NCBI GenBank assembly: GCA_016718035.1 | Contig: JADKEK010000003.1 | Location: forward strand, 456,292 to 520,291 | DNA: 64,000 nt | Direction of reading: 5' to 3' | Source: Bacteroidota bacterium | GTDB taxonomy: Bacteria > Bacteroidota > Bacteroidia > Chitinophagales > BACL12 | In this document: positions 20,024 to 29,029 of the stretch, piece after piece | Layout: each line of letters begins with the position of its first letter | How positions within the stretch are numbered: position 1 is the first letter of the stretch | Program-made: the position numbers and the translations under genes | The notes under the pieces: generated by a model | What the model saw: the letters and a program-made list of their open reading frames with translations, nothing else | Told to the model about the DNA's origin: nothing | Databases searched by the model: none

Positions 20024-20728
20024 ATGGCTATTAGTCAACAACAAAATACCGCACTTTTGCTTTTTACCCGCTCTCAACAAGAAGAGGCGCGTGTAAAAGA
20101 CTTTTCGTCGGTGCATAGCCTACGCTCAAACAGCCTGATAGCAGGTCATTTGATCAGCCACGCCGAAAAAACCGCCAGAAGTACCGGATTACCTTGTTTT
20201 GTTATCAATTCCGCTCATCAGCACGGCAATACTTTTGGCGAAAAATTAAGTGATGCCTTTCAACAAATATTTAAACTGGGTTTTGAAAACGTAATTGCCA
20301 TCGGAAACGACTGTCCTTCGCTTTCTGCACAAGATTTGCGAACCGCAGCTTTCCAATTAACTTCAAAACAGGCAGTTTTAGGGCCGGCAAGCGATGGCGG
20401 CTTATATCTTATCGGTTTAAATAAAAGTGCATTCCACGCAGTATCTTTTTCCGCATTACCTTGGGAAACTGCAATTGTGCAGGATATGATGCAGGTATAT
20501 TTATCTGACAAGGCTATTACCTATATTTTATCTGATGTTAAGGAGGATATTGATTTTGGCAAACAGCTCAACTCAGTTTTAGCAGGCAGCCATATCAGTT
20601 TGCACTTACGCACTTCTATACGCAGTATTATTGCTTCAATTGTTCAGCAATTCAGCAAACAATTCCAACATCCAATTACGATAAATCATCGTATATACAC
20701 TTCATTGCGGGCGCCGCCGGTTTATTAA
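20024..20728 (+). CDS. Divergent DUF2064-family (nucleotidyl/glycosyl-transferase-like) protein
   Basis: IAIGNDCPSLSAQDL...AVLGPASDGGLYLIGL...LPWETAIV parallels the DUF2064 core of the paralog at 22280-22888. It lacks that paralog's N-terminal GKVKTRLA motif. Confidence 0.55.
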   Translation: MAISQQQNTALLLFTRSQQEEARVKDFSSVHSLRSNSLIAGHLISHAEKTARSTGLPCFVINSAHQHGNTFGEKLSDAFQQIFKLGFENVIAIGNDCPSLSAQDLRTAAFQLTSKQAVLGPASDGGLYLIGLNKSAFHAVSFSALPWETAIVQDMMQVYLSDKAITYILSDVKEDIDFGKQLNSVLAGSHISLHLRTSIRSIIASIVQQFSKQFQHPITINHRIYTSLRAPPVY

Positions 20729-20822
20729 TCTTATTTATTCGTTTTTATTTACATGTCACCTGCAACAGCAAGTGGTGTGTTATTTTACATTTAATAATTT
20801 ATTTTAAATCAAACATATAACA

Positions 20823-21161
20823 ATGGAAAGAACTACCTATTACGACCCGAAAGACCTAAAAAAATTTGGTGATATCTCTAAATGGGATGCTGAATTAGGA
20901 AAAGCATTTTTTGATTATTATGGAAAAGTTTTTGCAGAAGGCGCATTAACTGAACGTGAAAAAAGTTTAATAGCCCTTGCTGTAGCGCATGCAATTCAGT
21001 GTCCTTATTGTATTGATGCATATACGCAAGATACTATGGCTAAAGGTTGTGATGAAGAACAAATGATGGAAGCCATACATGTTGCGGCTGCAATTCGTGG
21101 TGGTGCATCTTTAGTGCATGGCACACAAATGATGAATAAATTCAAAGACCTAACGATGTAA
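20823..21161 (+). CDS. AhpD/carboxymuconolactone-decarboxylase-like protein (arsenosugar-biosynthesis-associated peroxidase-like family)
   Basis: 112 aa with ALTEREKSLIALAVAHAIQCPYCIDAY (CxxC in the AhpD-type helix). Sits immediately upstream of arsS. Confidence 0.7.
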   Translation: MERTTYYDPKDLKKFGDISKWDAELGKAFFDYYGKVFAEGALTEREKSLIALAVAHAIQCPYCIDAYTQDTMAKGCDEEQMMEAIHVAAAIRGGASLVHGTQMMNKFKDLTM

Positions 21162-21206
21162 TGTTAGTTAAATTTTCAGGCATACTTTTTTAATTATTCG
21201 AAACAA

Positions 21207-22265
21207 ATGAGTTCAAAAAAATCATTACACGCTTTACATCACAAATTAGCTGATAACGATTATCAGTTAAAAGTGCTCGAAACACATGAAATTTCTACTG
21301 TAGATTTTGAGCGCTTTGATGATAAGTTAAAAAGCATCGGATTGTTTCCGCTTAAGCCAACCAATACTGAAATTTTCCAGGTAAATGTTGGCTATATGTG
21401 TAATCAAACGTGCGCGCATTGTCATGTTGATGCAGGTCCCGACAGAAAAGAAATTATGACCCGGGAAACCATGCAACAATGTCTCGATGCATTGGCAAAA
21501 ACAAACATTCCAACTGTAGATTTAACAGGCGGTGCACCGGAAATGAATCCGGACTTCAGATGGTTTGTTGAAGAGATTACCAAGTTGGGCAGAAAAACAA
21601 TGGTAAGATGTAATTTGACCATCATTATGGCAAATAAAAAATACCATGACCTGCCACAATTTTTTGCTGAACATAAAATAGAAGTTGTTTCTTCTTTACC
21701 ATTTTACAATAAATCGCGCACCGATGCTCAGCGTGGTGACGGCGTTTTTGAAGATAGTATTAAAGCGCTTCAAATGCTAAATGAAGTTGGTTATGGCAAA
21801 CCCGGAAGTGGTTTAATTTTAAATCTTGTTTATAATCCTAGTGGCGCATTTTTACCCGGCAGTCAAGCCTCTTTAGAAGCGCAGTTCAAAAAAGAACTCA
21901 AAAGGTTATATCAAATCGATTTCAATAGTTTATTCTGTATTACCAATATGCCCATTTCCCGCTTCTTGGAATATTTAATTGACAGCGGCAATTATGAGGA
22001 ATACATGCAAAAATTAGTTGAAGCATTTAATCCTATAGCAGCACAAAACGTAATGTGCCGCAATACCGTTTCTATTGGCTGGGATGGCAATATTTATGAT
22101 TGCGATTTTAATCAGATGCTTGGATTAAAAGTTAATCACGGTGCTCCTAATCATATCAGCAATTGGGATTTAGAATTATTAAATAATCGCGAAATTGTGC
22201 TCAACCAGCACTGCTTCGGCTGCACAGCAGGCAGCGGCAGCAGTTGCGGTGGTTCAGTTGCGTAA
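21207..22265 (+). CDS. arsS: Radical SAM protein ArsS (arsenosugar biosynthesis; radical SAM plus Cys-rich C-terminal domain)
   Basis: CNQTCAHC radical-SAM cluster motif, and a C-terminal Cys-rich tail CFGCTAGSGSSCGG. Confidence 0.8.
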   Translation: MSSKKSLHALHHKLADNDYQLKVLETHEISTVDFERFDDKLKSIGLFPLKPTNTEIFQVNVGYMCNQTCAHCHVDAGPDRKEIMTRETMQQCLDALAKTNIPTVDLTGGAPEMNPDFRWFVEEITKLGRKTMVRCNLTIIMANKKYHDLPQFFAEHKIEVVSSLPFYNKSRTDAQRGDGVFEDSIKALQMLNEVGYGKPGSGLILNLVYNPSGAFLPGSQASLEAQFKKELKRLYQIDFNSLFCITNMPISRFLEYLIDSGNYEEYMQKLVEAFNPIAAQNVMCRNTVSIGWDGNIYDCDFNQMLGLKVNHGAPNHISNWDLELLNNREIVLNQHCFGCTAGSGSSCGGSVA

Positions 22266-22279
22266 AAAAATAAACATAT

Positions 22280-22888
22280 ATGCAACAAAAACCGGCATTA
22301 ATTATCATGTTAAAAAACCCAGTATTGGGTAAAGTGAAAACGCGTTTGGCAGCAGACATTGGCGACGAACAAGCACTTAAAATATATCAGGAATTATTAC
22401 AGCATACACTTGCTGTTTCTAAAAACATCCAAGCTGATAAATTTATTTTTTACAGCGATGTAGTTGAACGGTCCGATATGTTTGACAACAGTGCTTATAA
22501 AAAATATGTGCAGTGCAGTGGCGATTTAGGTGTACGGATGGATTATGCATTTTCTATTCCATTTAAAAATGAATACCAGCATGTTGTTATGATTGGTGCC
22601 GATTGTTATGACATTACACAACAACATATTGAACAAGCATTTGAAGCACTTGCGAATAACAATGATTTTGTAATTGGGCCTGCCAACGATGGTGGTTATT
22701 ACTTAATAGGTATGAAAAAATGGAACCGTTGGGTGTTGGAAAATAAAAACTGGAGTACAGCTACTTTATTTGATGAAACAAAAAATGACATCTTAAGCAG
22801 AAACGGGAAATTGTTTGAACTGCCAACACTTTCAGATATTGACACAATAGCAGATATTCAATCACACTTACAATTGCAAAATTTATGA
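22280..22888 (+). CDS. DUF2064 / TIGR04282-type arsenosugar-cluster transferase
   Basis: LKNPVLGKVKTRLA, IGADCYDI, GPANDGGYYLIGM and WSTATLFDET. Confidence 0.75.
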   Translation: MQQKPALIIMLKNPVLGKVKTRLAADIGDEQALKIYQELLQHTLAVSKNIQADKFIFYSDVVERSDMFDNSAYKKYVQCSGDLGVRMDYAFSIPFKNEYQHVVMIGADCYDITQQHIEQAFEALANNNDFVIGPANDGGYYLIGMKKWNRWVLENKNWSTATLFDETKNDILSRNGKLFELPTLSDIDTIADIQSHLQLQNL

Positions 22889-23967
22889 CAGAAATTATTA
22901 TCATATTAGCAGCTTGTTTTCTGGCATTTTCAAATGGTGCAAACGATAATTTCAAAGGCGTTTCGACATTATTCGGAAGTGGCACAACCAATTTTAAATC
23001 TGCGCTAAATTGGGGAACAATAACAACCTTGGCAGGATGTATTTTTGCCGTTTTTATTGCTCAGGGATTAATGAAAAATTTTTCCGGAAAGGGATTAATA
23101 CCTGATGAAGCATTAAAAGACCCTTCGTTAGCAATTGCCGTTGCACTTGGCGCTGCGAGCACCGTTTTTCTGGCTACCAAAATTGGTATTCCAATTTCAA
23201 CAACACATGCAATTGTTGGCGCTTTAGTTGGTGCCGGATTTGTTTCTGTTGGCAATGCATTAAACTTCAATCAACTCGGCGAAGTATTTCTAAAACCACT
23301 TTTGTTAAGTCCATTTATTGCTTGTGCATCAGCAATTATTTTATATATCATCTTCAGGCAATTAAGATTATTATTGAAAATCGACAAACAAACACATCTC
23401 GTGGTTGATGCTCCTAGTGCAGATTCAAATAATATAATGGCTCCGGGAATTTCACTGAGCAATAATTACCGTGAAAGTTATAATGGCAAAATTATTGGCT
23501 TTAGTGCTCAAAAAATATTAGACGGATTACATTATATCAGCGCAGGAGCAGTTGGTTTTGCAAGAGGTATGAACGATGCGCCAAAAATTGCAGGCTTATT
23601 ATTGCTCGTTAATTTTTTATCCGTTCCATGGATGCTTATTATGATTGCCGTAATTATGGCAGTTGGCGGTTTACTGAATTCGAAAAAAGTTGCACAAACC
23701 ATGAGTAAAAAAATCACCTATATGAATCCCGGACAAGGATTTACTTCCAACTTGATTACCGCAATTTTAGTGTGGACAGCCAGTGCAAGCGGATTGCCTG
23801 TATCCACTACGCATGTTTCAGTAGGTGGAATTTTTGGTATTGGCGTCGTAAACAAAAAAGCAGATTATAAAATGATTGGAAAAATTGCTGGATCTTGGGT
23901 ATTAACATTACCTATAGCTGCAATATTATCCGGAATTATATTTTTCATTACATCAAACATTATTTAA
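22885..23967 (+). CDS. PiT-family inorganic phosphate (or arsenate) transporter
   Basis: Duplicated PiT signatures GANDNFKGVSTLFG and GMNDAPKIAG, with about 10 TM helices. The ATG overlaps the upstream TGA (ATGA). Confidence 0.85.
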   Translation: MTEIIIILAACFLAFSNGANDNFKGVSTLFGSGTTNFKSALNWGTITTLAGCIFAVFIAQGLMKNFSGKGLIPDEALKDPSLAIAVALGAASTVFLATKIGIPISTTHAIVGALVGAGFVSVGNALNFNQLGEVFLKPLLLSPFIACASAIILYIIFRQLRLLLKIDKQTHLVVDAPSADSNNIMAPGISLSNNYRESYNGKIIGFSAQKILDGLHYISAGAVGFARGMNDAPKIAGLLLLVNFLSVPWMLIMIAVIMAVGGLLNSKKVAQTMSKKITYMNPGQGFTSNLITAILVWTASASGLPVSTTHVSVGGIFGIGVVNKKADYKMIGKIAGSWVLTLPIAAILSGIIFFITSNII

Positions 23968-23980
23968 AACAATAAAGCAT

Positions 23981-24955
23981 ATGTCAACTACTTATTTAGA
24001 AACTACAAGAAACGTTTACAAAGAAGCTGCAGAAAATCCTCAAAAAGGTTTATGTTGCACAACAACACCTGTTTGGCAATTACCTGGATTAGTAATTCCA
24101 CAAAAAATGCTGGAAATGAATTATGGCTGCGGCTCAACAGTAAATCCCCGCGACCTGGTAAATAATCCCAATATATTATATGTTGGTGTTGGTGGCGGAA
24201 TGGAATTATTACAATTCGCTTATTTTTCTCGCAAAAAAGGTGGTGTTATTGGTGTTGACGTAGTAGATGAAATGCTTCAAGCTTGTGAAGAAAATTTAAT
24301 TGAAGCCGAAAAACTAAATCCATGGTTCAAACGTGAATTTATTGAATTAAGAAAAGGTGATGCATTTAATTTACCTGTTGAAGACAATAGTATTGATATT
24401 GCCGCACAAAATTGTTTGTTTAATATTTTTCGCGATGAAGACCTGAAAACAGCATTAACCGAAATGTATCGCACCTTAAAAAAACACGGCCGTTTAGTAA
24501 TGAGCGACCCAACCTGCGAACAAACCATACCGGAAAATTTACGCGATGACGAAAAACTCCGCGCCTTATGTTTAAGTGGTTCACTTCCATTACAGGAATA
24601 TATAGACCGCATTACCGATATCGGTTTTGGCACTATAGAAGTTCGCGCACGCCGTCCATATCGCATTTTAGACCCGGTTAATTACGATACTCCTGAATTA
24701 ATATTTATCGAAAGCGCTGAAGTGTGCGCCATTAAAGACCCAATGCCAGCTGATGGACCTTGCGTTTTTACAGGAAAAACAGCTATTTATTATGGTAATG
24801 AAGAATACTTCGACGACCATCAGGGACATGTTTTAATGCCGAATCAACCACTTGCAGTTTGCGATAAAACCGGAGGCAATCTTGCTAAATTAGGTCGCAA
24901 CGACATCTTTATTTCCGGCTCCAGCTGGTTTTATGATGGTGGTGGCTGTTGCTAA
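23981..24955 (+). CDS. ArsM-like SAM-dependent methyltransferase (arsenosugar-cluster paralog)
   Basis: Class I methyltransferase fold (ILYVGVGGGMEL). Cysteines at positions analogous to the ArsM Cys tetrad: GLCC, NYGCGS, QNCLFN, ALCLSG. Confidence 0.7.
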   Translation: MSTTYLETTRNVYKEAAENPQKGLCCTTTPVWQLPGLVIPQKMLEMNYGCGSTVNPRDLVNNPNILYVGVGGGMELLQFAYFSRKKGGVIGVDVVDEMLQACEENLIEAEKLNPWFKREFIELRKGDAFNLPVEDNSIDIAAQNCLFNIFRDEDLKTALTEMYRTLKKHGRLVMSDPTCEQTIPENLRDDEKLRALCLSGSLPLQEYIDRITDIGFGTIEVRARRPYRILDPVNYDTPELIFIESAEVCAIKDPMPADGPCVFTGKTAIYYGNEEYFDDHQGHVLMPNQPLAVCDKTGGNLAKLGRNDIFISGSSWFYDGGGCC

Positions 24956-24993
24956 TTTATTAAGCACTGATTAATAGTAAAATCTTATTATTG

Positions 24994-25027
24994 AAAAGCC
25001 CTTCTGCATGAAGGGCTTTTTTTATTG
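24994..25027 (+). terminator. Rho-independent terminator ending the arsenosugar-type operon
   Basis: 11-bp stem AAAAGCCCTTC / GAAGGGCTTTT with a 5-nt loop, followed by a T-run. Confidence 0.8.
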
Positions 25028-25077
25028 CCAAACTTTGTAAGGGCTATGTATATTTACATCGTCAATACCATACCAAC

Positions 25078-26211
25078 ATGAACAAACTCTGGTCGAACAA
25101 TAATATCATTAAGTCTACATTACTTATCCTTATTACACTTGCTGTGGTATTTGGTGTAGTGTGGTTATTAATGCAAATAACAACTATCCTCTTTTATTTT
25201 ATCATCGCTGCAATCATTTCTATTATTGGCAAACCCATATGCGATTTTATTCAACGATTTAAAATTGGCAAATTCGGCGTACCTGATTCTTTAGCAGCAT
25301 TACTTACCATGACCATTTTATTCGGTGTACTATTTGGTGTTGTTAAAATATTTACGCCACTAGTAGTTCAACAAACAAATAATATATCTAATATAGATAC
25401 CGAACGCGTTGCCGAAAGTTTGCAATCCCAAATTGTTGCACTCGACTCTATGATTGTTCATTTTCAGGACCCTAACGCTTCATCACAATCTGTAGAACAA
25501 ATTATTAACGACAACCTGCGCAACTGGATTAATGTAACTTCCATCACGCATATTTTTAATAATATTATGGGAGGCCTTGGCAATATACTTGTTGCGCTGT
25601 TTTCCATTACATTTATTTCTTTTTTCTTTTTGCGTGATGATAAATTATTTTACAATATTGTAATGGTATTAACACCTACAAAATTAGAAACCAACGCCAA
25701 GCGCATCATGCACTCCAGCAAAAAATATCTGACACGTTATTTTGTGGGGTTAATTATTCAATCGGTGGTTGTATTTATTTTAATTGCAGTTGGCCTTTTG
25801 TTTTTAGGATTTGGTGCCAATAGCTGGTTAATTGCCTTATTTGCAGGTATCATTAATATTATTCCATACATAGGACCAATAATTGGCATGTTGTTCGGTA
25901 TGCTGATAGGTATTACAACCAATTTAAGTGTCGACCCTAATTTCGACATCACACCAATGCTTATCCAATTGTTTATTTTATTTCAGGGTGTTCAATTAAT
26001 AGACAATTTTGTATCACAGCCTATTATTTATTCTAATTCTATAAAGGCTCACCCACTGGAAGTATTTTTTGTTGTTTTGGTATTTGGCAATCTCGCAGGT
26101 GTACCGGGAATGATTGCTGCAATGCCTGTTTATGCCTTTTTCCGCATTATAGCCAAAGAGTTTTTTAGTGAGGCTAAAATTGTCCGTAAAATGACACAAG
26201 GGCTGGAATAG
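25078..26211 (+). CDS. AI-2E family transporter (PerM/UPF0118)
   Basis: 377 aa polytopic membrane protein with the family-typical central loop and the IINIIPYIGPIIG motif. Confidence 0.75.
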   Translation: MNKLWSNNNIIKSTLLILITLAVVFGVVWLLMQITTILFYFIIAAIISIIGKPICDFIQRFKIGKFGVPDSLAALLTMTILFGVLFGVVKIFTPLVVQQTNNISNIDTERVAESLQSQIVALDSMIVHFQDPNASSQSVEQIINDNLRNWINVTSITHIFNNIMGGLGNILVALFSITFISFFFLRDDKLFYNIVMVLTPTKLETNAKRIMHSSKKYLTRYFVGLIIQSVVVFILIAVGLLFLGFGANSWLIALFAGIINIIPYIGPIIGMLFGMLIGITTNLSVDPNFDITPMLIQLFILFQGVQLIDNFVSQPIIYSNSIKAHPLEVFFVVLVFGNLAGVPGMIAAMPVYAFFRIIAKEFFSEAKIVRKMTQGLE

Positions 26212-26403
26212 TGACAGGCAAAACAACTGATTTAAAGGCAGCCTAACAATAAACCATTGATATTCAAGCAGCTCTTTCCAAATCAGTTATGTATTTGTGT
26301 CTAACACTTATTGTATTTTTTTGAATAATTGCCATTTTTTTTGCAGTTTTGACTTCCTTACGTGGCGGCATACACATCGTATTTAACCCTAAATTTTAAT
26401 GTT

Positions 26404-28863
26404 ATGAAAAAAATGTTTACCACCTTATCTCTGGCAATTATTTGTACGTGCTACTCAATAAGCATGTTTGCCCAAAACACAGCACTGCGACCTGTTGCCA
26501 AAATGGTTGCTGAAAGTAAAAATTCCGGCATTACCTTTAAGCAGGCAGCGCCATTTAATGTGCAAATTAATCCAGCACACAAAAGTGCTACTTCATCATT
26601 TGCAAAAGACATCACTTTTGTAAAAATGAATTCTACACTGGTAAAAGATATTTTTACAAAAAGAGATGCAGCGCTTGAAATTACTTTACCTTATAAGGAA
26701 AGTGAAATTATTGTTGACCTTGTACAGGTAAATTTATTTGCTGATGGATTTCAGGTAGAAACCAATACAAGTAATGGACAACCTGTTGACTACACACCTG
26801 GTGTTTATTATCAAGGCACGATAAAAGATGACCCAAATTCAATTGTGGCCATCAGCTTTTTTGAAGATGAAATAATTGGTTTAATTGCTTCAGCTGATAA
26901 AGGCAATATCAATATTGGTCGTTATGGTGATGGCAGCAAAGACGATTATTTAATTTATTCTGATTGGGACATTTTAGTAACTCCCGACAATGCCGGATGC
27001 GCAACTATAGATGATCCTGAATATTTAGATGAATTTCAGGAAATAATGCAAATTGAAGGTGAGTCAAGAATTACGGCTTGTCCTAAAATTTATTTTGAAG
27101 GAGATTATCAATTATATCAAAACAAAGGAAGTGTAACAGCAGCAGCAAATTACATTACTGGTATTTATAATAATTCAGCTATTATTTACACTAACGAAAG
27201 TGTACCAACACAAATTTCTACCATTTTTGTTTGGACAAGTGCTGATGGTTATTCATCAGCATCTTCTTATGATGCTTTAGTATCGTTTATGAGTTTTCGC
27301 ACCTCATTTACCGGCGACATTGCACATTTAGTTACTTTAGATGCTGGTGGTTTAGGTGGTATTGCTGCAACTATTAATGGATTGTGCAATTCAAATAAAT
27401 ACTGTTATAGCGATATTGATGCATCATATAGTGCATTCCCAACTTATAGCTGGACAGTTATGGTGGTAACACATGAAATGGGACACTTATTTGGAAGTTA
27501 TCACACCCACAATTGTGGTGCATGGGCCGGTGGTGCTATTGATAATTGTTATACAACTGAAGGCGGTTGCCCTTCCGGTCCAGCCCCTGTTGGCGGCGGA
27601 ACAATTATGAGTTATTGTCACCTTACCGGTTATGGAATTAACCTGGCAAATGGATTTGGTGTTCAACCGGGTAATGCTATCCGAAACACCATTTCAGCTG
27701 CAGGTTGTATTACTTCATGCGGTGGCGCTGCAACCTATTGCACTTCAGCAGGATTATCAACTGCAGACGAATGGATTCAAACAATTACAGTTGCTGGAAC
27801 AACTAAAACTTCAGGTAATAATAGTGGATATGCAGATTTTACTGCAACTACTGTTAATTTAACGCCAGGCGGAACTGCAGCTTATAGTTTAACTCCTGGT
27901 TATACCGGAACTGTTTATCCGGAATATTTTTCTATCTGGATAGATTACAATAAAGATTATGATTTTAACGATGCAGGTGAAAACGTTTACAATTCTGCAG
28001 CTGTTACAAGTACTGTTACAGGAAGTTTTTCAGTTGCAGCAGGTATGACAGGAACAACCAGAATGCGTATTAGTATGAAATACAATGCATCTCCAACTTC
28101 ATGCGAAACATTTGATTACGGTGAAGTAGAAGATTATACTGTATCATTTACGCCGGTAGTTACATATTGCACCAGTGCAGGTACTAGTGCGGCATCACGC
28201 CATATTGATTATGTTAAATTTAATACCATTAACCGCACATCAGGAAGTGATGGTGGGTATTATAATGGTGTTGCAACTACCACAAGTATAATTAAAGGAA
28301 CAGCATACACTTTAACTTATAGCGCAGGATTTTCCGGAACAATTTATCAAATGTATTGGAGAGGTTGGATTGACTACAACCGCGATGGTGATTTTAGCGA
28401 TGCTGGTGAACAGGTTTTCCAGAAGAAAGCAACAACATCAGCCAACTTAACTAAGAGTATTGTTGTACCTGCTACTGCAAGCACAGGAACAGCTCGCATG
28501 CGCATCAGTGCTAAATACGGAGGCTACCCAACTGCCTGCGAAACATTTACCAATGGTGAAGTAGAAGATTATACCGTAAATATTTTACCTGCATTACCAT
28601 CAGGTGAAACAATGCCGTTTAGTTTATCTATTTTCCCAAATCCGGGTTCTGGTGTATTTAATATCGAATTTTTAAATGCTGTTTCAGGTGGAGTAACATT
28701 AGAAGTATTTGATATTACCGGAAATGTAGTGAGCAATGAAATTATTGCTAGTGAAAATGGTATGATAGTATTAGATATTACCAATGCTGCCAGTGGAATG
28801 TATTTTGTAAAAATGACACAAACAAACGGCACAACCGAAGTAAAACAGATTATCAAACAATAA
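26404..28863 (+). CDS. Secreted metzincin (reprolysin/M12B-like) with two GEVED domains and a T9SS CTD
   Basis: Signal peptide from ATG 26404, HEMGHLFGSYH (HExxHxxGxxH), two GEVEDYTV motifs, and C-terminus FPNPGSG...MYFVKMTQTNGTTEVKQIIKQ. Confidence 0.8.
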   Translation: MKKMFTTLSLAIICTCYSISMFAQNTALRPVAKMVAESKNSGITFKQAAPFNVQINPAHKSATSSFAKDITFVKMNSTLVKDIFTKRDAALEITLPYKESEIIVDLVQVNLFADGFQVETNTSNGQPVDYTPGVYYQGTIKDDPNSIVAISFFEDEIIGLIASADKGNINIGRYGDGSKDDYLIYSDWDILVTPDNAGCATIDDPEYLDEFQEIMQIEGESRITACPKIYFEGDYQLYQNKGSVTAAANYITGIYNNSAIIYTNESVPTQISTIFVWTSADGYSSASSYDALVSFMSFRTSFTGDIAHLVTLDAGGLGGIAATINGLCNSNKYCYSDIDASYSAFPTYSWTVMVVTHEMGHLFGSYHTHNCGAWAGGAIDNCYTTEGGCPSGPAPVGGGTIMSYCHLTGYGINLANGFGVQPGNAIRNTISAAGCITSCGGAATYCTSAGLSTADEWIQTITVAGTTKTSGNNSGYADFTATTVNLTPGGTAAYSLTPGYTGTVYPEYFSIWIDYNKDYDFNDAGENVYNSAAVTSTVTGSFSVAAGMTGTTRMRISMKYNASPTSCETFDYGEVEDYTVSFTPVVTYCTSAGTSAASRHIDYVKFNTINRTSGSDGGYYNGVATTTSIIKGTAYTLTYSAGFSGTIYQMYWRGWIDYNRDGDFSDAGEQVFQKKATTSANLTKSIVVPATASTGTARMRISAKYGGYPTACETFTNGEVEDYTVNILPALPSGETMPFSLSIFPNPGSGVFNIEFLNAVSGGVTLEVFDITGNVVSNEIIASENGMIVLDITNAASGMYFVKMTQTNGTTEVKQIIKQ

Positions 28864-28880
28864 TTGATTATAATTTTTTA

Positions 28881-28914
28881 AAAAAGGGTTGCAATAAATT
28901 GCGACCCTTTTTTT
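28881..28914 (+). terminator. Rho-independent terminator
   Basis: Stem GGGTTGCAA / TTGCGACCC (one G-U pair) flanked by an A-run and T7. Confidence 0.7.
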
Positions 28915-28975
28915 ATGCTTGTAGTATACTTTTCATATTTACTTACCTATTTGAATTATTATGATAAGTTATGCC

Positions 28976-28983
28976 TACCTTTG
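28976..28983 (+). promoter_or_regulatory. Bacteroidota -7 box TACCTTTG for the second metzincin paralog
   Basis: Exact TAnnTTTG match, 46 nt upstream of the ATG at 29030. Confidence 0.45.
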
Positions 28984-29029
28984 GTATAATGAATCAGGCA
29001 GGTTCAAAGTAATAATTAAAATAATTTAT

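Noticed and set aside
26225-26288. 9-bp inverted repeat AACTGATTT ... AAATCAGTT separated by 46 nt, after the AI-2E transporter gene
   Set aside because: It is a single short stem with a large loop and no U-tract. It is plausible by chance and is not called as a terminator or riboswitch.
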